From: Octopus vulgaris
Lineage: Eukaryota
Assembly (NCBI GenBank): GCA_951406725.2
Contig: OX597815.1
Span: forward strand, 149,482,001 to 149,546,000
Direction: 5' to 3'
DNA length: 64,000 bases
Shown here: positions 1 through 13,614 of the stretch, piece after piece
Numbering within the stretch: position 1 is the stretch's first letter
Layout: every line of letters starts with the position of its first letter
Notes under the pieces: generated by a model
Seen by the model: only the letters and a program-made list of their open reading frames with translations
What the model was told of the DNA's origin: nothing
The model's database searches: none
Translations under genes and position numbers: made by a program

Positions 1-626
1 AAGATAGTAGTTGTGCAGGTTTACTGAAATGTGTAGAAGTATGTGGAGTCACTACATATAAAAATCTGCATGTTTTGTTTTATGCAAGTACATTAGCATT
101 TATAGATGTCAACACTTACGCATACTTTTATGCTAAATTTTTGGAAGGCTTTACATAACTTGGCATTTACATTAATGGCTTGTAAATAGTTTTCCAATTA
201 GCTTTAGTTTCTGGTTTTAAGAACGCGGATTTCTCAAGATTGCTGCTCAGGCAGTTTACTATATTTCCTGGTGCCCCAGTAATAACGAGTGCACATCTGA
301 ACTAGTGATCAAGGAGCAGCAAATGTAAAACATACGTATATGTTTATGAATGTATGTGTACATAACTGTAGCTCTGTTAAACAGGCTTGTTGGCGTTTAC
401 TTAAGGATCAATGATGTGAATATAATTCGGTAAATAACATTTCCACATATTGCATTCCGAATGCTCGTCAGTGAACTAAAGACCAGGGAATATGTTTGCA
501 ACTTTATGAACGAGAACTTGATTAGATATTGAAGGGTTCACAAAATGAAACTTTCAACACCATCTCCATTGCACTAACTCTCATAGTTCACTGGCTGAGT
601 AACTGTCTCAATGTTTTTAGTTAGTG

Positions 627-741
627 CTAATGACTTGTTGAATTAAATATAGGTCCACCTTCATATAAATTCTCTTCTTGTCTCGGTGATATGTACGTAT
701 TCATCATTCGACCGCTCGTTTGGAATGTTAGACAACACATA
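627..741 (-). CDS. Candidate terminal coding exon (S)MCCLTFQTSGRMMNTYISPRQEENLYEGGPIFNSTSH*, resembling a receptor cytoplasmic tail
   Basis: Acceptor gtcgtattcag at 742-752 (minus strand). Phase matches the 1369-1418 exon. Non-repetitive sequence with an ENLYE Tyr motif, ending in TAG at 627-629. Confidence 0.45.
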
Positions 742-1097
742 CTGAATACGACCCAATGTATGTAAACACACACACACACACAAACACACATACGAACATG
801 TATACCTAGACACTCACGCATATCTTTATACATGCCTGCACACACATATGTATATACATATACACATACATACATGCATACACACAGAGACACAAACTCA
901 CACATTTGCACATGTGTGTATGTGTACAGTCAGACGTATAAAACTCCCCAAAATTAGTTTTATCGATTACTCTCCTAGCTACAACCTTTAGAATTAATAT
1001 TCTTAGTGTATCTTGACGGCCATATCATATGTAATAGATTATACCCCCCCCCACACACACACAAACACACAAAGTTATATATATATATATGTAAGTA

Positions 1098-1150
<53 letters not shown>

Positions 1151-1368
1151 GTACATATATATTATATATATCTATATACATCAATATAGTGCATATGTAT
1201 ATATATATATATATATATGCGTGCCCATACATGTATATATATGCATGTACATATATATTCATGTATATGTTTGCGTGTGCCTGTGTATGCATGCATACAT
1301 ATTATAGACGCACCTCACGGCGGAGCACACAGCCACTCAACTCATGTTGACTGAACAAACATAATTAC

Positions 1369-1418
1369 CTGTCATTTGACTTTTGTGTTATTGATGCCAG
1401 TGAATCTGCAATGGGGAT
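1369..1418 (-). CDS. Candidate 50-nt internal exon IPIADSLASITQKSND(S)
   Basis: Strong acceptor tttttttctgcag and donor AG|gtaatt on the minus strand. Splices in frame to exon 627-741. Confidence 0.5.
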
Positions 1419-1751
1419 CTGCAGAAAAAAAACTGTGAGGCATTTGCATGCTACAGGAGAACCAGAGTCGAAAAAGAACGTACAACATATAAATGAAACC
1501 CAAAGCATATCAAGAACAAAAATAAAAGAGAGAGAGAGAGAGAGAGAGAGGGAAGATAGTTGAGGTGTATGTGCAAAGCTTGTAAAATACGTTCGGAGCA
1601 ATTTAGAATCCATTTTGAATTTGAATGGTACCGAGTCAACGACAAATCAAAATTGAAAGACGGTTAGAATGGTAAGAAAATGTAAATATAGAAAGTAAAA
1701 TAAATATAAGGCATAATTCAAGAGGAAATGGGAAAATAATAATAACAACAA

Positions 1752-1777
1752 CGATGAGGAGGATGATGACGATGATT

Positions 1778-1841
<64 letters not shown>
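1752..1841. repeat. (GAT)n microsatellite
   Basis: Direct reading. Confidence 0.95.
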
Positions 1842-2072
1842 GAAGAGAAAGAAAATGAAAAAAATAGAAGAAAAGGAAAGAAGAAATTTATTCACGAAGA
1901 AATGAAAAATATTCAGAGTATGAAGAATGACAGCGAGAGAAAATGTTTTTCAGTGAATAATACTCACTTACCAAACATGGAGAATACATATATTTGCATA
2001 TAAGAATATTGATGCGGTCGATATTTAAATATAGTATTTTGATGTACAGACGTATATATATATATATATATG

Positions 2073-2106
<34 letters not shown>

Positions 2107-2490
2107 TTTGTGCATGTGTGATATACATGTGTATGTGTGCGAATGTGTATCGGCAGAGCTTCTTTCCAAGAAGAATACCTGCTTGTATGGTTCCAAATTT
2201 CCTCTTATTTCTGTTCTAACCCACTGATGTTAACTTTGTCTTTTATTCTTCCTGGGTTTCATAAAAATCAAAGTAGCAGTTCTACGGATTCAGCTGAGCG
2301 GAAATGAAATATGGTCGCACCATACTCTCTGCTATATGTTATTGAGTATATTCTAAGTTCAAATACTGACATGCCATACATATGTAATATAATTATTCTC
2401 ACACCCTGTTAGCACCACTGCATGTCACCCCGCCTGCCTTAACTATATCCATTCCGTGATTGGGCACTGGTTTCTTTTCTTCTATTAGAG

Positions 2491-2677
2491 CAGTGCTCCG
2501 CAACCATTTTTCACACGTGGTACACTTATACTTTTTTTAAAATTCGGCGATACACCTGAACTAAAAATATTACCAAAAGTAATAGGGAAAGAAATTATAT
2601 TCAGGTTACACTGCTGCACACCTAGCATCGTTTCGTAGCACACCAATGTGCCGCAGCATACCTGTTGCGGCGCATTG
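2491..2677. mobile_element. hAT (Charlie-like) MITE
   Basis: Imperfect ~14-bp TIRs cagtgctccgcaac / gttgcggcgcattg. 8-bp flanks tattagag / tatatgag (6/8 match) fit a decayed TSD. Confidence 0.6.
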
Positions 2678-3473
2678 TATATGAGTGCCTTCTGCAGTCA
2701 GTTTCAGCAGCCTCAGATTCCTTACAATACGGTGATTGCTGTAAGGAACGTCACTCGAGTGATGGCCATACAAACACCCTTACACGCAAATACCCTTACA
2801 CGCAAACACCCTTTCATGCAAACACACACACGCACAAATACATAAATACGCATATAGAGACAACCATAAATACACATATACTCACAGATGATGATGAAGA
2901 TGCTGAGGATGATGATGAGGAGGAGAGTGGGCAGGGGAATGTCACTGCCTAACTATTCTCTTTAATATGGGGATAATGCTTGTAGTTCTAACATTCATTT
3001 ACACAGATGTGGCAAATATGGGAACCTCTTGCAGCAGGTGTTCAGAAAGCTTAGCTGCCACGCAGACACATGCCTTCAGTCCATCATGATTGCGTATTTT
3101 GCCATTTTCGTCTATGATCTGCCATTATGTGTAACATGTAATATAGACGTTGATTGAGACGTTAAAAACCCAGCGTTGCCTAAATTTAGTCAAAAATCTC
3201 GCACAGCACTAATCACAGTCTCCAAATAGCTTATGAATCTAACCAAGCAAAGAACAACTTGTCTACATCATTACATGCAAAAATAGTTGCAAGTGTTTGG
3301 TCAGAGTTTACCTTCGGGGAAAATGTTTACACAAAGACATGTGCACACGCACATAAACATATAATTACCTAGCTACCAATACGCACATATACACACACAC
3401 TCTCTCTCGCTCTCACAGAGAGAGAGAGTGTGTGTGTATATGTGCGTATTGGTAGCTAGGTAATATATGTATG

Positions 3474-3538
<65 letters not shown>

Positions 3539-3559
3539 TGATATACGTATATATATATA

Positions 3560-3631
<72 letters not shown>

Positions 3632-3737
3632 CATACATGTGTGTGTGTTTGCGGTTAAACATTTCATTAAAATATGCATCACCAGGAACTATTTTGTTAT
3701 ATCCTGTTCAATACAGCATTATTACCCCATTGGATAG

Positions 3738-4000
3738 CAGTCTTAGGGTGTGTCTCCAGTGCAAGTAACGTCATGCCTCCAAATATCTTTGAACAGAGAC
3801 TGAGGCTCGGTTCATAAGATGATGTGAAGATCTTGAACATTGTGGTCAGACTCAGGTTGGAGAGGTTTGCTGCTAGAACTTCATATTTTTGCAGTGGGAT
3901 TCGGCTGCTTGTTATACTTCCGGAAAGCGTCCGATGTAGTTGTCGAAGGATTTCTATGATTCAGCAGCCCCATTTCTGATCACCTAATCCCTCAGAATCT
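3738..4000 (+). mobile_element. Decayed Tc1/mariner-superfamily (maT/DD37D-like) transposase fragment
   Basis: Translates VLGCVSSASNVMPPNIFEQRLRL...LERFAART, then frameshifted remnants of the QQDSAPCHTS and WPPNSPD motifs. Contains stops and frameshifts. Confidence 0.6.
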
Positions 4001-4562
4001 GCGAAACACCCCCCCCCCACACACACACACACATACATATACATACAAACATACAGACACAAAATCTGTTACGCTTTTCTTTCATGGGAATGCAGTCATG
4101 CTGAGGTACCACCGCGAATTTGTAACACTTGGTTTCTTCATATCATCACATTTGCATGCGTTTCTCTGCTGGTTGTTGGTTTATTTGATGTATGAGAATG
4201 TTTTACACATCTACTCCCTTCTATAATTTTTCCCAGGGCGTTGACTGACAAGAGACGTGTTCAATTCTTTGTTCAATTCTTTGTTTGAAAGCTTCTATCT
4301 TGACAATGTGTACGTTTCTTGTGTAGGTTTCTTAAAAACTTTCAGCAAAGCGCTGAAGACCTGTAGACCTTAGAACCTTAAATTATTGAAATATCTGGTC
4401 CTCACTTAGAGGACGTAAACTGTGGTTTTGGTACTATGCAGTGGCTTCCTTTGTAGTAATTGTATTACTTTTCGTACCAAAATCAGGTACTAGCTCCTCC
4501 AAGATTTACCGCATGTACACAAATGCACAGGTTTGTGTGTCACATAGCTAGCTAGAGGCGCT

Positions 4563-5002
4563 GGCCTGTTGGATCTAATCAACTAAAGCATTCGTCCTAT
4601 TTTTTCTGGACTGCCATGTTAGCTTCGCGATAACTATTAATAACCAGTACTGCTGCCGTAGTCGCCTTTAGAGAAATTTATAAATAATAATATTTCTATT
4701 TTTGAAAACTAGTGGTTGTATTCCACTGAATATATATTAATAAACTTTCGAACAGACAGGCAACAGCAACCCCTGCTGGGTTCGGTTACTCCACATGATA
4801 AGGAGTAAATACCCCGAAACTAGTCTGTGGATGTTGAACCAGCATGGGGAAGCTGGGGACCGCCCCTGTTTGAAGGTTGTAATGGAAACAGGTTTGTTCG
4901 TAACATAGCCTGCTTGAGGTGATGGCCTGTTGAAGCTACTCAACGACAGCAGTCGTCCTATTTTCCTGTAGTGCCTTGTTAGCTTGCGATAAATATTAAT
5001 AT
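4563..5002 (+). mobile_element. pLTR/retrozyme-like unit: ~80-bp direct repeats ~361 bp apart flanking a degenerate hammerhead
   Basis: ggcctgttgga..gataactattaata (4564-4642) is repeated at 4925-5001. Between them: tccaca-TGATAA-ggagt/acccc-GAAA-CTAG-TC-tgtgga with an extended stem I. Confidence 0.55.
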
Positions 5003-5938
5003 ATATATAACAAAGTTACTTAATTCCATACGAGTAGAAATATAGGAAGAATAGATGTTCGGAATGCACTGAGAATAGTTAAAATATATATATTAATAAA
5101 ATGTATAATAATATATTAAAAATTATTTTCACTATTGTCAGTGTATTTTGTACTTCTATTTTGATACACCCCCATATATATATATACATATATATGAGAG
5201 AGAGAGAGCGAGAGAGAGAGAGAGATTTGTTGGCACGAAATATGATATAAGTATTTAGCAGTCTTATTTAAATTTTTGATTTTGGTTTGTATTTACATAT
5301 TTTTACAATAGTTTGATTTTTGCTCATGTATATTTGCAATTTATTTTCCATATTTATCTTGTGATGACTAAACTTATATAACGAGCAAACAAATTAATTT
5401 CTAAACTTCTTTACATAATCGAATAAGCTAAACATAAATAACACAACAAGCCAACATAATATAATTAAGCTTCGTTAACCAGATAAGATTAAATACGTTA
5501 TATTTGTTTTAAATTTATTTACTATTGCTGATAGTCGTAGTAATTAAGAAGTTTTATTCGTAATATATTATCGGATTACTTTCTTCATAACGCAGCGATT
5601 ATGCTTATTTACTTTTTGTTCTTTTTCATCTCTTATATAACTTTCTTAAAAATCAAATATTTCACTTAAAATATATCATGCATTAATTGCTTTTGCTTGT
5701 TTGTGAAACTATCACGAGATTCAGTGGTCAAACGAATGTTATTGTGTAAATCAATGCTCTTTCTAAATCATACGAAATTATAAACACTAACAAAGACAGC
5801 TATCGCTGTAAATCAAATATTTCTTTTGTTAACATGTAAGATTTTAAATTAAATTAGTCCAATATACCTGTGTTTAGAATCGGGTTAATTTGTTTCGTTT
5901 TAGTTACTTATTTAAATCTGCATTCGATTGAATGGTTG

Positions 5939-6432
5939 TACGAGGTGGTATCAAAAAAAAATTTCCGGACTAGTTATGTTTAATAAAAAGTAACTTTTTA
6001 CCGCAGTTTTAACATCAACTCATTCGAAATAGCCGGTTTGTGCAGCAATACACCGATTCGAGCGTTCTTGCCAGTTTTGAAATCCGGCCTGGAAGATATT
6101 TTCTGTACACGAGTCGAGTATCTTCTACGGTTCCATCTGGATCACAAGAACGATTTTAAAACGACGACCTACGAGCTGAATTTTCATTTTGGGGAAGAGA
6201 TGGATGTCGGCAGCTGTTTAACCTGGTGAACACGGCGGGTGCGAAGAGGATACCATGCTGTTTTTGTGGAAAAGCTCACGAATGAGGATAACGCAATGAC
6301 AGAGTACATTGTCATCGGGAAGAATTCAATTCTTCTCGCTCTCCACAGATCCGGTAGCATCCACGGAATGGTCCTCACCCAAACATTTAAAACGTTATTG
6401 ATTATTGTCCAACGATCCTCGTGCACAAGCTG
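5939..6432 (-). mobile_element. Internally deleted mariner (DD34D) element
   Basis: TIR-like tacgaggtggtatcaaaa..tttccggact at 5939. Minus strand gives HPPCSPG*TAADIHLFPKMKIQLVGRRF...FQNWQERSNRCIAAQTGYFE (YSPDL region) and LVHEDR. Confidence 0.8.
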
Positions 6433-6906
6433 ATCCCCATGCATGTTCCTCATGCACCACTAAGCTTGGTAGTGATGGTGACGGCGGGGCGGGGGCGGTG
6501 GTGGTTGTGGTGGTGAAGCAGATAATGATGTTGATGGCAATCTTTATTCTACTTGAACTCCGTCAACCACTGCAGATATGTTCCCTTCCGATTTAATTTC
6601 CCGATGTCACGTTCTGAGCTGGATTTGAACTCAGAAAGGATTCGATTTTGAATAGTTCCTAGATTCGGAAATACTCTGCCCTAGATTAGTATATTGTTTT
6701 TTTCAGAAAGGTGATAGTCCAACTCGTCACAAAGACTAATGGCATAATGAGTCTAAAAAGATTGCAAATCATTTTTCACCAAAGTTTCAGGGTTAATCTG
6801 TCGTTAATTTTGTAAGTACCCACTCTGAATATAAATATTTTGTAAAGATCCACTCTGAATATAATTTTACCAATAATGTGGATATGAAATTTAAACATTC
6901 GAAATA

Positions 6907-7310
6907 GGCACAGGAGTGGCTATGTGGTAAGTAGCTTGCTTACCAACCAGGCGGTTCCAGGTTCAGTCCCACTGCGTGGCACATTCTTGGGCAAATGTCG
7001 ACTTCTACTATAGCCTCGGGCCAACCAAAACCTTGTGAGTGGATTTGGTAGAGCTAAACCGAACGAAGCTCACCGTATATATATATACATATATCATTTA
7101 TATGTCTATGTTTGTCCACTTCCCACCATCGTTTGACAACCGATGCTGGTGTTTTTACGCCCCCATAAAGTAGCGGTTTGGCAAAAGTGGTGATGGTGGT
7201 AAAATAAGTACTAGGCTTACAAAGAATAAGTCCTGGGGTCGATTTGGTTCAACTACAGACGGTGCTCCAGCATGGACGCAGTGAAATGAATGTAACAAAT
7301 AAAAGAGAAA
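6907..7310 (+). mobile_element. tRNA-derived SINE family A (octopus OK/OR-type), near full length
   Basis: A box TGGCTATGTGG, B box GGTTCAGTCCC, internal (TA)n tract. Body is repeated many times in the window. Confidence 0.9.
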
Positions 7311-8373
7311 ATGAGTAACATTTATGAGTAACATTTATGTGGCGAACTGGCGGAGCTATTAGGGCATCAGATAGAATATTTTTGCCCAGAGGGATAAAGT
7401 TTTCATTTCATAAATAAGACACCGGATATGTACTGGGATTGAGTGTTCTAGATCTTTCTTTCTCTTGCTCAGAATCGGCCACTTTGAGCGAGGAGACAGA
7501 TCCTCTGCATCACTCAGAATTTTCCTTTCTCGTGAAAAGAAGACCATTTGAACTAAAGGTAGGTTAGTAAATTCTTCTGACAGAAATAAACTCGTATGAT
7601 ATTGGAACCATCAAATATACGCTCCAATATGCAATAACTCGGGGAATGGAAACATAAAGAAAAAACAAATATTATCTAAAATACCCTTTATTCCTAAATT
7701 GTGCTTGTAAATCCAACCAATAACTTTAATAGGAAAAAAAAACTGTGAATAAGATTAAAAGATTCACAGAGTGTTTTATCCAAGCTATTCTGCAGACTCA
7801 TGCATATTAACTGATGCTCCGAATGTTTCGCCTTGAGAAATCTACAGCAGGTTATATAACTATTTCAAATTCAATCAAATATATTGATATGGAAACAATT
7901 GCTACCAGAGTCTGCAATGCGACAGTTCGGTTGTTGAAATATATGTTTCTTATAATAATTCTGCAATTATACATTCGGATTAAAATTCAAAATTATAATT
8001 AGCCGTATTCAAAGAGAAATATACAAATGGAAGTGCATACAAAAGTCAGATGACAATTAATTATATTTCATTGCTTCACCGCTTCTTCCTATCAGCTGAC
8101 ACAATATATACAAACTGGGGAACATGCCAGTAATTCTCGTGAAATTGTTTAAAACAAAATAATAATAAACATTGTTTCTAATTTTCGTACAAGGTCCTCA
8201 AATTTAGTAGAAGGGAATCAGTGGGCTCGGCCTGTCCGCCGACTTAAAAACAAGCAATAGTTACATTCGTTTCAGGTTTTGACGCAAGGCCAGCAATTTC
8301 GACGAGGGTGTAAGCCGATTAGATCAACCCCTGTGTTCAACTGATAGTCATTAATCTATACCGATATAAAGGT

Positions 8374-8878
8374 CTTCCAAATAAACAAGCGCTGTGCTAG
8401 ACACACAAAAAGGGATAAATTCATGAAAGGAATGAAAATTAAAATAGATTGTACTTCTATATGAATAATATATAGTCTAATGACTAATTTGTCTTTTGTG
8501 CTGGGTCACTGGTAATAATAATTTATTTTTTATTACCCTATTTACTATGTTTAAATATTGCTCGATAAATTTGCTCGTAAATTTTTTACCGGAATCCTCT
8601 CTGTCACCGGGTATGATTTGCGTCTGCGCACTGGTTTGAAAAGTTTAGGTATACAAATCGTTAGATTTGCATGTTCTTCTAACGGTCTGTACATCTAGGA
8701 TTACGAAGGCTCCCTACCGATGATTCTTGCCTTGGCAGATAAATTCTGTTTGTTTGCTAAAAATAGATGAAACCGTCGGTCTAGGATATAGCTGAAATGG
8801 TAAACGTTTTTAATTTTCATTCATTTCATGAATTTATCCCTTTTTGTGTGTCTAGCACAGCGCTTCTTTATTTGGAAG
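8374..8878. mobile_element. Foldback element with ~71-bp inverted arms (8374-8444 / 8808-8878) and an internal hammerhead; PLE-like inverted pLTR
   Basis: Arms are near-perfect reverse complements (cttccaaataaacaagcgctgtgctagacacacaaaaagggataaattcatgaaa). Followed by (TA)n. Confidence 0.85.
8713..8785 (+). ncRNA. Type I hammerhead ribozyme motif, CCGAUGA core variant
   Basis: ccta-CCGATGA-[long stem II ttggcagataaa/tttgtttgctaa]-GAAA-ccgtcgg-TC^tagg. Confidence 0.7.
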
Positions 8879-8916
8879 CCATTTATTGTATTTCTATATG
8901 AATAATATATTTATAT

Positions 8917-8973
<57 letters not shown>

Positions 8974-8991
8974 TATGTATATATATATACT

Positions 8992-9033
<42 letters not shown>

Positions 9034-9149
9034 TGTGTGTGTGTGTGTGTGTTAGCATCACCTTTTCCCCTATGAAGCATGCAATCTTAGAAACACCAGT
9101 TGTTGCCTACTAAAAAAGATGGGATTTCATAACCCCGACCCTAGGAAGC

Positions 9150-10540
9150 GACGGTAGCCATTAGTATAGTCATACATTTCGCAGACCAAATTAGTTTGGA
9201 AGTATTATCGATGTGATGAAAAATGGGAAATTAGCAAAAAAAAAAACAGAAAGAAACAGTGGGAATATAGACTTCTAATGAGGAACGAAAGACCCTCTTA
9301 AATAAAAGTTTGACGGCTAATTAGTATGAACAGTACAAAAAAGATTCATGGCGATCTTTGACATACTTAAATAGATACGATCTACATCAATGTCCTTCAA
9401 GGAAAATGTTTTGAAAAAATTGATTAGCTACTTATCTGTCTATAAAATAGACACATTCTATAACATCTTTTATAAGAAGATCTAAACAGAAGGAAAATAC
9501 GTATATACAAAAGAAGTATAGATAGCGGTACAAGCAAAAAAAAAATGAATTCTCTCTAGCAATAAGACACTAATGAGAAAAAAGTAGAAGCAGATATGTA
9601 CACTTATAAAATAACTAAACAACAATATAAGAAAATGACCGAAGTGAAACAAATCTCTAAATCAAGTGACCCGCGCTAAATTTGTGGTAAGAAATAAAGA
9701 AGAGAATTATAATACCTAATACAAAGCTAAACGTCAGAAGCCGCTTGTTAGGTATCAATACCCTAGGTGTTTCAAATAATATGTTTCCGTTACAATCAGA
9801 ACTAGAAGGAAATTCAATTTTCAAGTCTAGACAAAGACTAGACGCAGGAACAAGGCTAACAATGGCTGCATGTAGAATACACCATTCAACGGTCGACGCA
9901 GAGATATTATTTGTAAGATAATTACGAGAAGATAACGGACTTTCTGCAACTATAAGCTAATTATAAAATATCTTCTATAATACCGCAGAGATATCTAGCC
10001 AACAAAGTATGATTGAAACTAATACAAACACATACAAAAATGAACCAAAACATTATTGTTTTTATTCTTCAAGGAACCCCAAACGTAAAACACAGCTGTG
10101 AAGACTATGCTTTAAAAAGTAATTATTGAAGCAATGAAACAAAGTGTAAAAGGAAATTTAAAAATTAAATGTTGACAGAAAAATCTGCAACATATTCTAT
10201 ATATATAAATACTTAAAAATATAGATACACATAATTCTGAATCAACAGCGTCTGTGGAGTTGCGTGCTGAAGATGTTTGATTGAGATACAAACCTACAAA
10301 ACTTAATGATTGCTATGAGGAACTGCAAAAGATTCGTACTTAACCAACCGAAATATAAACACACATTATGCGAATGTCGCGAAGATAAATGTAATCATTA
10401 TTTCTAGGTGCCTAGTCTAAAGTATAACATATTGTGAGCTTTCAGAGACAGGAATTCGTATCAGTATAAGGAAAATAACTACATAGAAGTGAGATTAGAA
10501 ACATGAAAAATAAATGAGCATAATTTAATAGAGTGATAAC
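9150..10540 (+). mobile_element. Possible highly decayed LINE (APE endonuclease-like) remnant
   Basis: Strongly A-rich, coding-like strand bias with only faint resemblance to APE motifs. Many stops. Confidence 0.25.
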
Positions 10541-10671
10541 GTGAACGTAATCTGAAATATGTCAGCTCACTCTGGCATAGTCATTAACATAAGTCTCTCA
10601 GGTATCAACGTGGACCGCTTATCAGGAAACCAAAAAGGTCAGCATTGGCAAAGCATTACTAACGGTAACGA

Positions 10672-10745
<74 letters not shown>

Positions 10746-10766
10746 ATGTATATGTATATATAAACA

Positions 10767-10925
10767 AAGGGCTTCTTTCAGTTTCCGTCAACCAAATCGA
10801 CTCACAAGTCTTTGGTCGGCCTGAGGCTATAGCAGAAGACACGTGCATAATGTTCTACGCTGTGGGACTGAAAACGGAACCATATGGTTGGTAAGCAATC
10901 TTGTTTCCACACAACCACTCCTGCA

Positions 10926-10927
<2 letters not shown>
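10767..10927 (-). mobile_element. SINE family A, head portion
   Basis: Reverse complement of the 6907-7075 head. Confidence 0.85.
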
Positions 10928-10974
<47 letters not shown>

Positions 10975-11664
10975 GTTAATTCGAGAAAGTTAAGTCCTCG
11001 TTAGGGCTTAGGCTTATATAATCCAAGGTATTCCACTGGTTCATTCTGTATCATATAATGGTAAAGTCATTTGTAAATGTTTTGGATTATTGGGATTATT
11101 AAAATACATGAAAAAAGGAGGAAAATGGAGAATAAATTGATGGAAATACTGATATTTTGGGAGGTTGTAGAAAGATGACGTTTTTCTTTTAAAAAGATTA
11201 AAATAAATTGGAGGTTGTAAGCTCAAAAAAGTTAACACAAAAATCGTAAGAAGAACCTAGGTATATGTTTCTGTCAAGCCAACCAGCAGATAGGAGTTTC
11301 CATGCATGTTGCTTGATGTCAAGAAAATTGCCACATACGTACCATTTTATGGTTGGAATTCTTCAGGGTTCGGAAAGAGCTAACTCCACATAGGTAATCA
11401 TTATAACATCTTTCTACAACATGCAAACAAATCAGTAATTCCATCCATTTCTTCTCCATTTTCTTCGCTTTATATATATATAAATATATATATATATATA
11501 AAGGAAATCTGTGTAGAGAAAGATTAACAACATGGTGACATTGAAAATAAAAACATGCTATAAATATACGAGCTTTGGAAACAAACAGATTAAAATACAT
11601 GGAACGGCTTACGCATCCTAAACCTGAGGTATATTTGCATAATTTTGGAGGTAGTCATGTGTTG

Positions 11665-12033
11665 GTTTTCAAATTTCCGCACATTTCGTGGCAGGGAATA
11701 AGGAAACAACTGGCATTTATTTTATTAACCCCGAATGAATGAAAGGAAAGAAATTGGCGTTGGCAGAATTTGAACGTAAAGACGGGATGTCACTAAGCAT
11801 TTTGCTCGGCGCTGTAACGATTCTGCTAGCTCGCTGAGTCACAAGGTAAGCAACCTAGAAGGAGAGTTAAGTTGATTACATCTGACCCGGTACTCAACTC
11901 TCACTTATTTTGTCGAGCTCGGAAAGATGAGACGCAAATACGACCTCGTTAGAATTTAAACTCATTAAGTAAAGATGGACGAAATACCGCTAAGCATTTT
12001 TAGGCAGGTAACCATCCTTCCAGCTCGCTGTCT
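11665..12033 (-). mobile_element. Two tandem decayed copies of tRNA-derived SINE family B
   Basis: Reverse complements of the 17443-17652 family (ctgccagctcgc head end, gacgaaataccgctaagcatttt). Confidence 0.75.
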
Positions 12034-12399
12034 TTAGTGATGTCATTATTAGCAAAGAGTATATACTCCGTAGATTATATTTGAATTTAATAGAAACTCT
12101 ATTACTAAGCAAAGCACCGTGGCTAGCGCATTGAACACCCATAATAATATGTAATACATGCAATATATATATAAGATTGTTTATATTATAAGACTGCTGA
12201 AATAAAGAAACAGATACAGAATGGAGGATCTTTGAAAATTTTATGATACTGCCGCGGACATTGTTTCTGGTTGTCTGGTGTTATCAAATACTGAATTATA
12301 TCTTCTACAGTCATTAGAAAGCAACTGCTTATCTACACCAGAAAATAAGCAAAATTATATAATCAAAACAACTGAAAACTGGATGTAAATCAGACAAAC

Positions 12400-12600
12400 A
12401 TGCCACTGACCATAATTACGTCACCATCGCATGGGATATACACATCTATTCTAACAGATAATAACCAAACACATGTAACATCATTATGAAAGAGACAAAT
12501 GAGAAGGTGTAATCTTATCGACATCGCAATACGTTCTCGACATAGAACATCTATGAAAACCATAGAGAAGAGTGAAATAATACTAGCGTTCACAGAAGCT
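12400..12600 (+). mobile_element. Decayed Dong/R4-like LINE restriction-like endonuclease fragment
   Basis: VTIAWDIHIYSNR...CNLIDIAIRSRHRTSMKTIEK resembles the WD..I.TDR..RPD..C.LIDIA.P.D....K..EK motif. Confidence 0.55.
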
Positions 12601-13551
12601 CTGAGATTAAAGGAGAAAAGAAAGAAAAGTTCAAAACACGTAGGCCGGATGTCATTAATAATTATGAAGTCCAGAAGATTGCACTGCCTGGAACAACTTA
12701 CTACAGAGAGTAAGACAATCAAGTTATGTCTACTTTACAACACTTCGGTTATATTGATTGGAATCGGCCGTAAACACAGAACGTACAAAAATCACTTTAT
12801 TCCATCGAGGAAACGCAATTTGACGTCGGTGGTATTTAAATTCAGAACGTTACCAGCCGGGACAAAAAGTCGCGAAGAGTTCTTTCCTACTCCTTAATGA
12901 TTCTCTCAATCCATAACAAAAATAAATATATTTTCTAACAAACACAAGAAATCTGAAATCTGAATGATTAGCTCGACCCCAGTAGCTTGCTAGTCAAAAA
13001 AAGTCAAAAGCTCAGTTTACTTTAGGGGTATTTGAACTCAGAATGCAAAGTGCATTCTGAATAAAAGATACAATTTATTTTTCCAACACCACCGATTCCA
13101 CCAACCCCACAGAATACAGAGACATTGATATTGTCAGAGAATAAGGACGTTTGTATCTTCTATGACCTAAATAATCTAATGTGTTCTCCCCAAGAAGAGC
13201 AAAATACATGCTCATGAGCAAGACTACATTTGAGAATATTTCTGAAATGCAAAATGGAAAAAGTTATCAGTCAGGTACTTCTAAATGCAAGCGCTACAAT
13301 ATTAGTATTAAATATTGCCACATTGAAGAAATTAAGTGTTCAGTAATCAGTGCTGAAATATATTACCAGGGAGGAGCATACTTGATGGTTCTACATTGTC
13401 TGTGATGCTAGCTATCGTTACGTGTTTATTTAGTACTTATTTAATTATTAATTTCATCTTTCTTCTCGATGTCATTTCGTCAGTTTTGCTAACTTAACTT
13501 ACCAATGATCCGTAACTCCTCAACGTCTTAGAGTCTAGTAGTCAGTAACAA

Positions 13552-13613
<62 letters not shown>

Positions 13614-13614
13614 G

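Noticed and set aside
3000-3310. Possible hAT transposase remnant on the minus strand (HVSAWQ..KL)
   Set aside because: The similarity is too faint to support without a search.
6907-6980. tRNA gene calls at SINE heads (also 17443, 23850)
   Set aside because: A/B boxes are present but there is no complete cloverleaf, and each head continues into a SINE body.
7472-7558. Plus-strand exon-like segment SATLSEETDPLHHSEFSFLVKRRPFELK
   Set aside because: Splice-like signals only; no partner exon or recognisable family.
11255-11330. Hammerhead-like hairpin plus GAAAC on the minus strand in a (TA)n-bounded block
   Set aside because: No CUGANGA box or stem I can be assigned.
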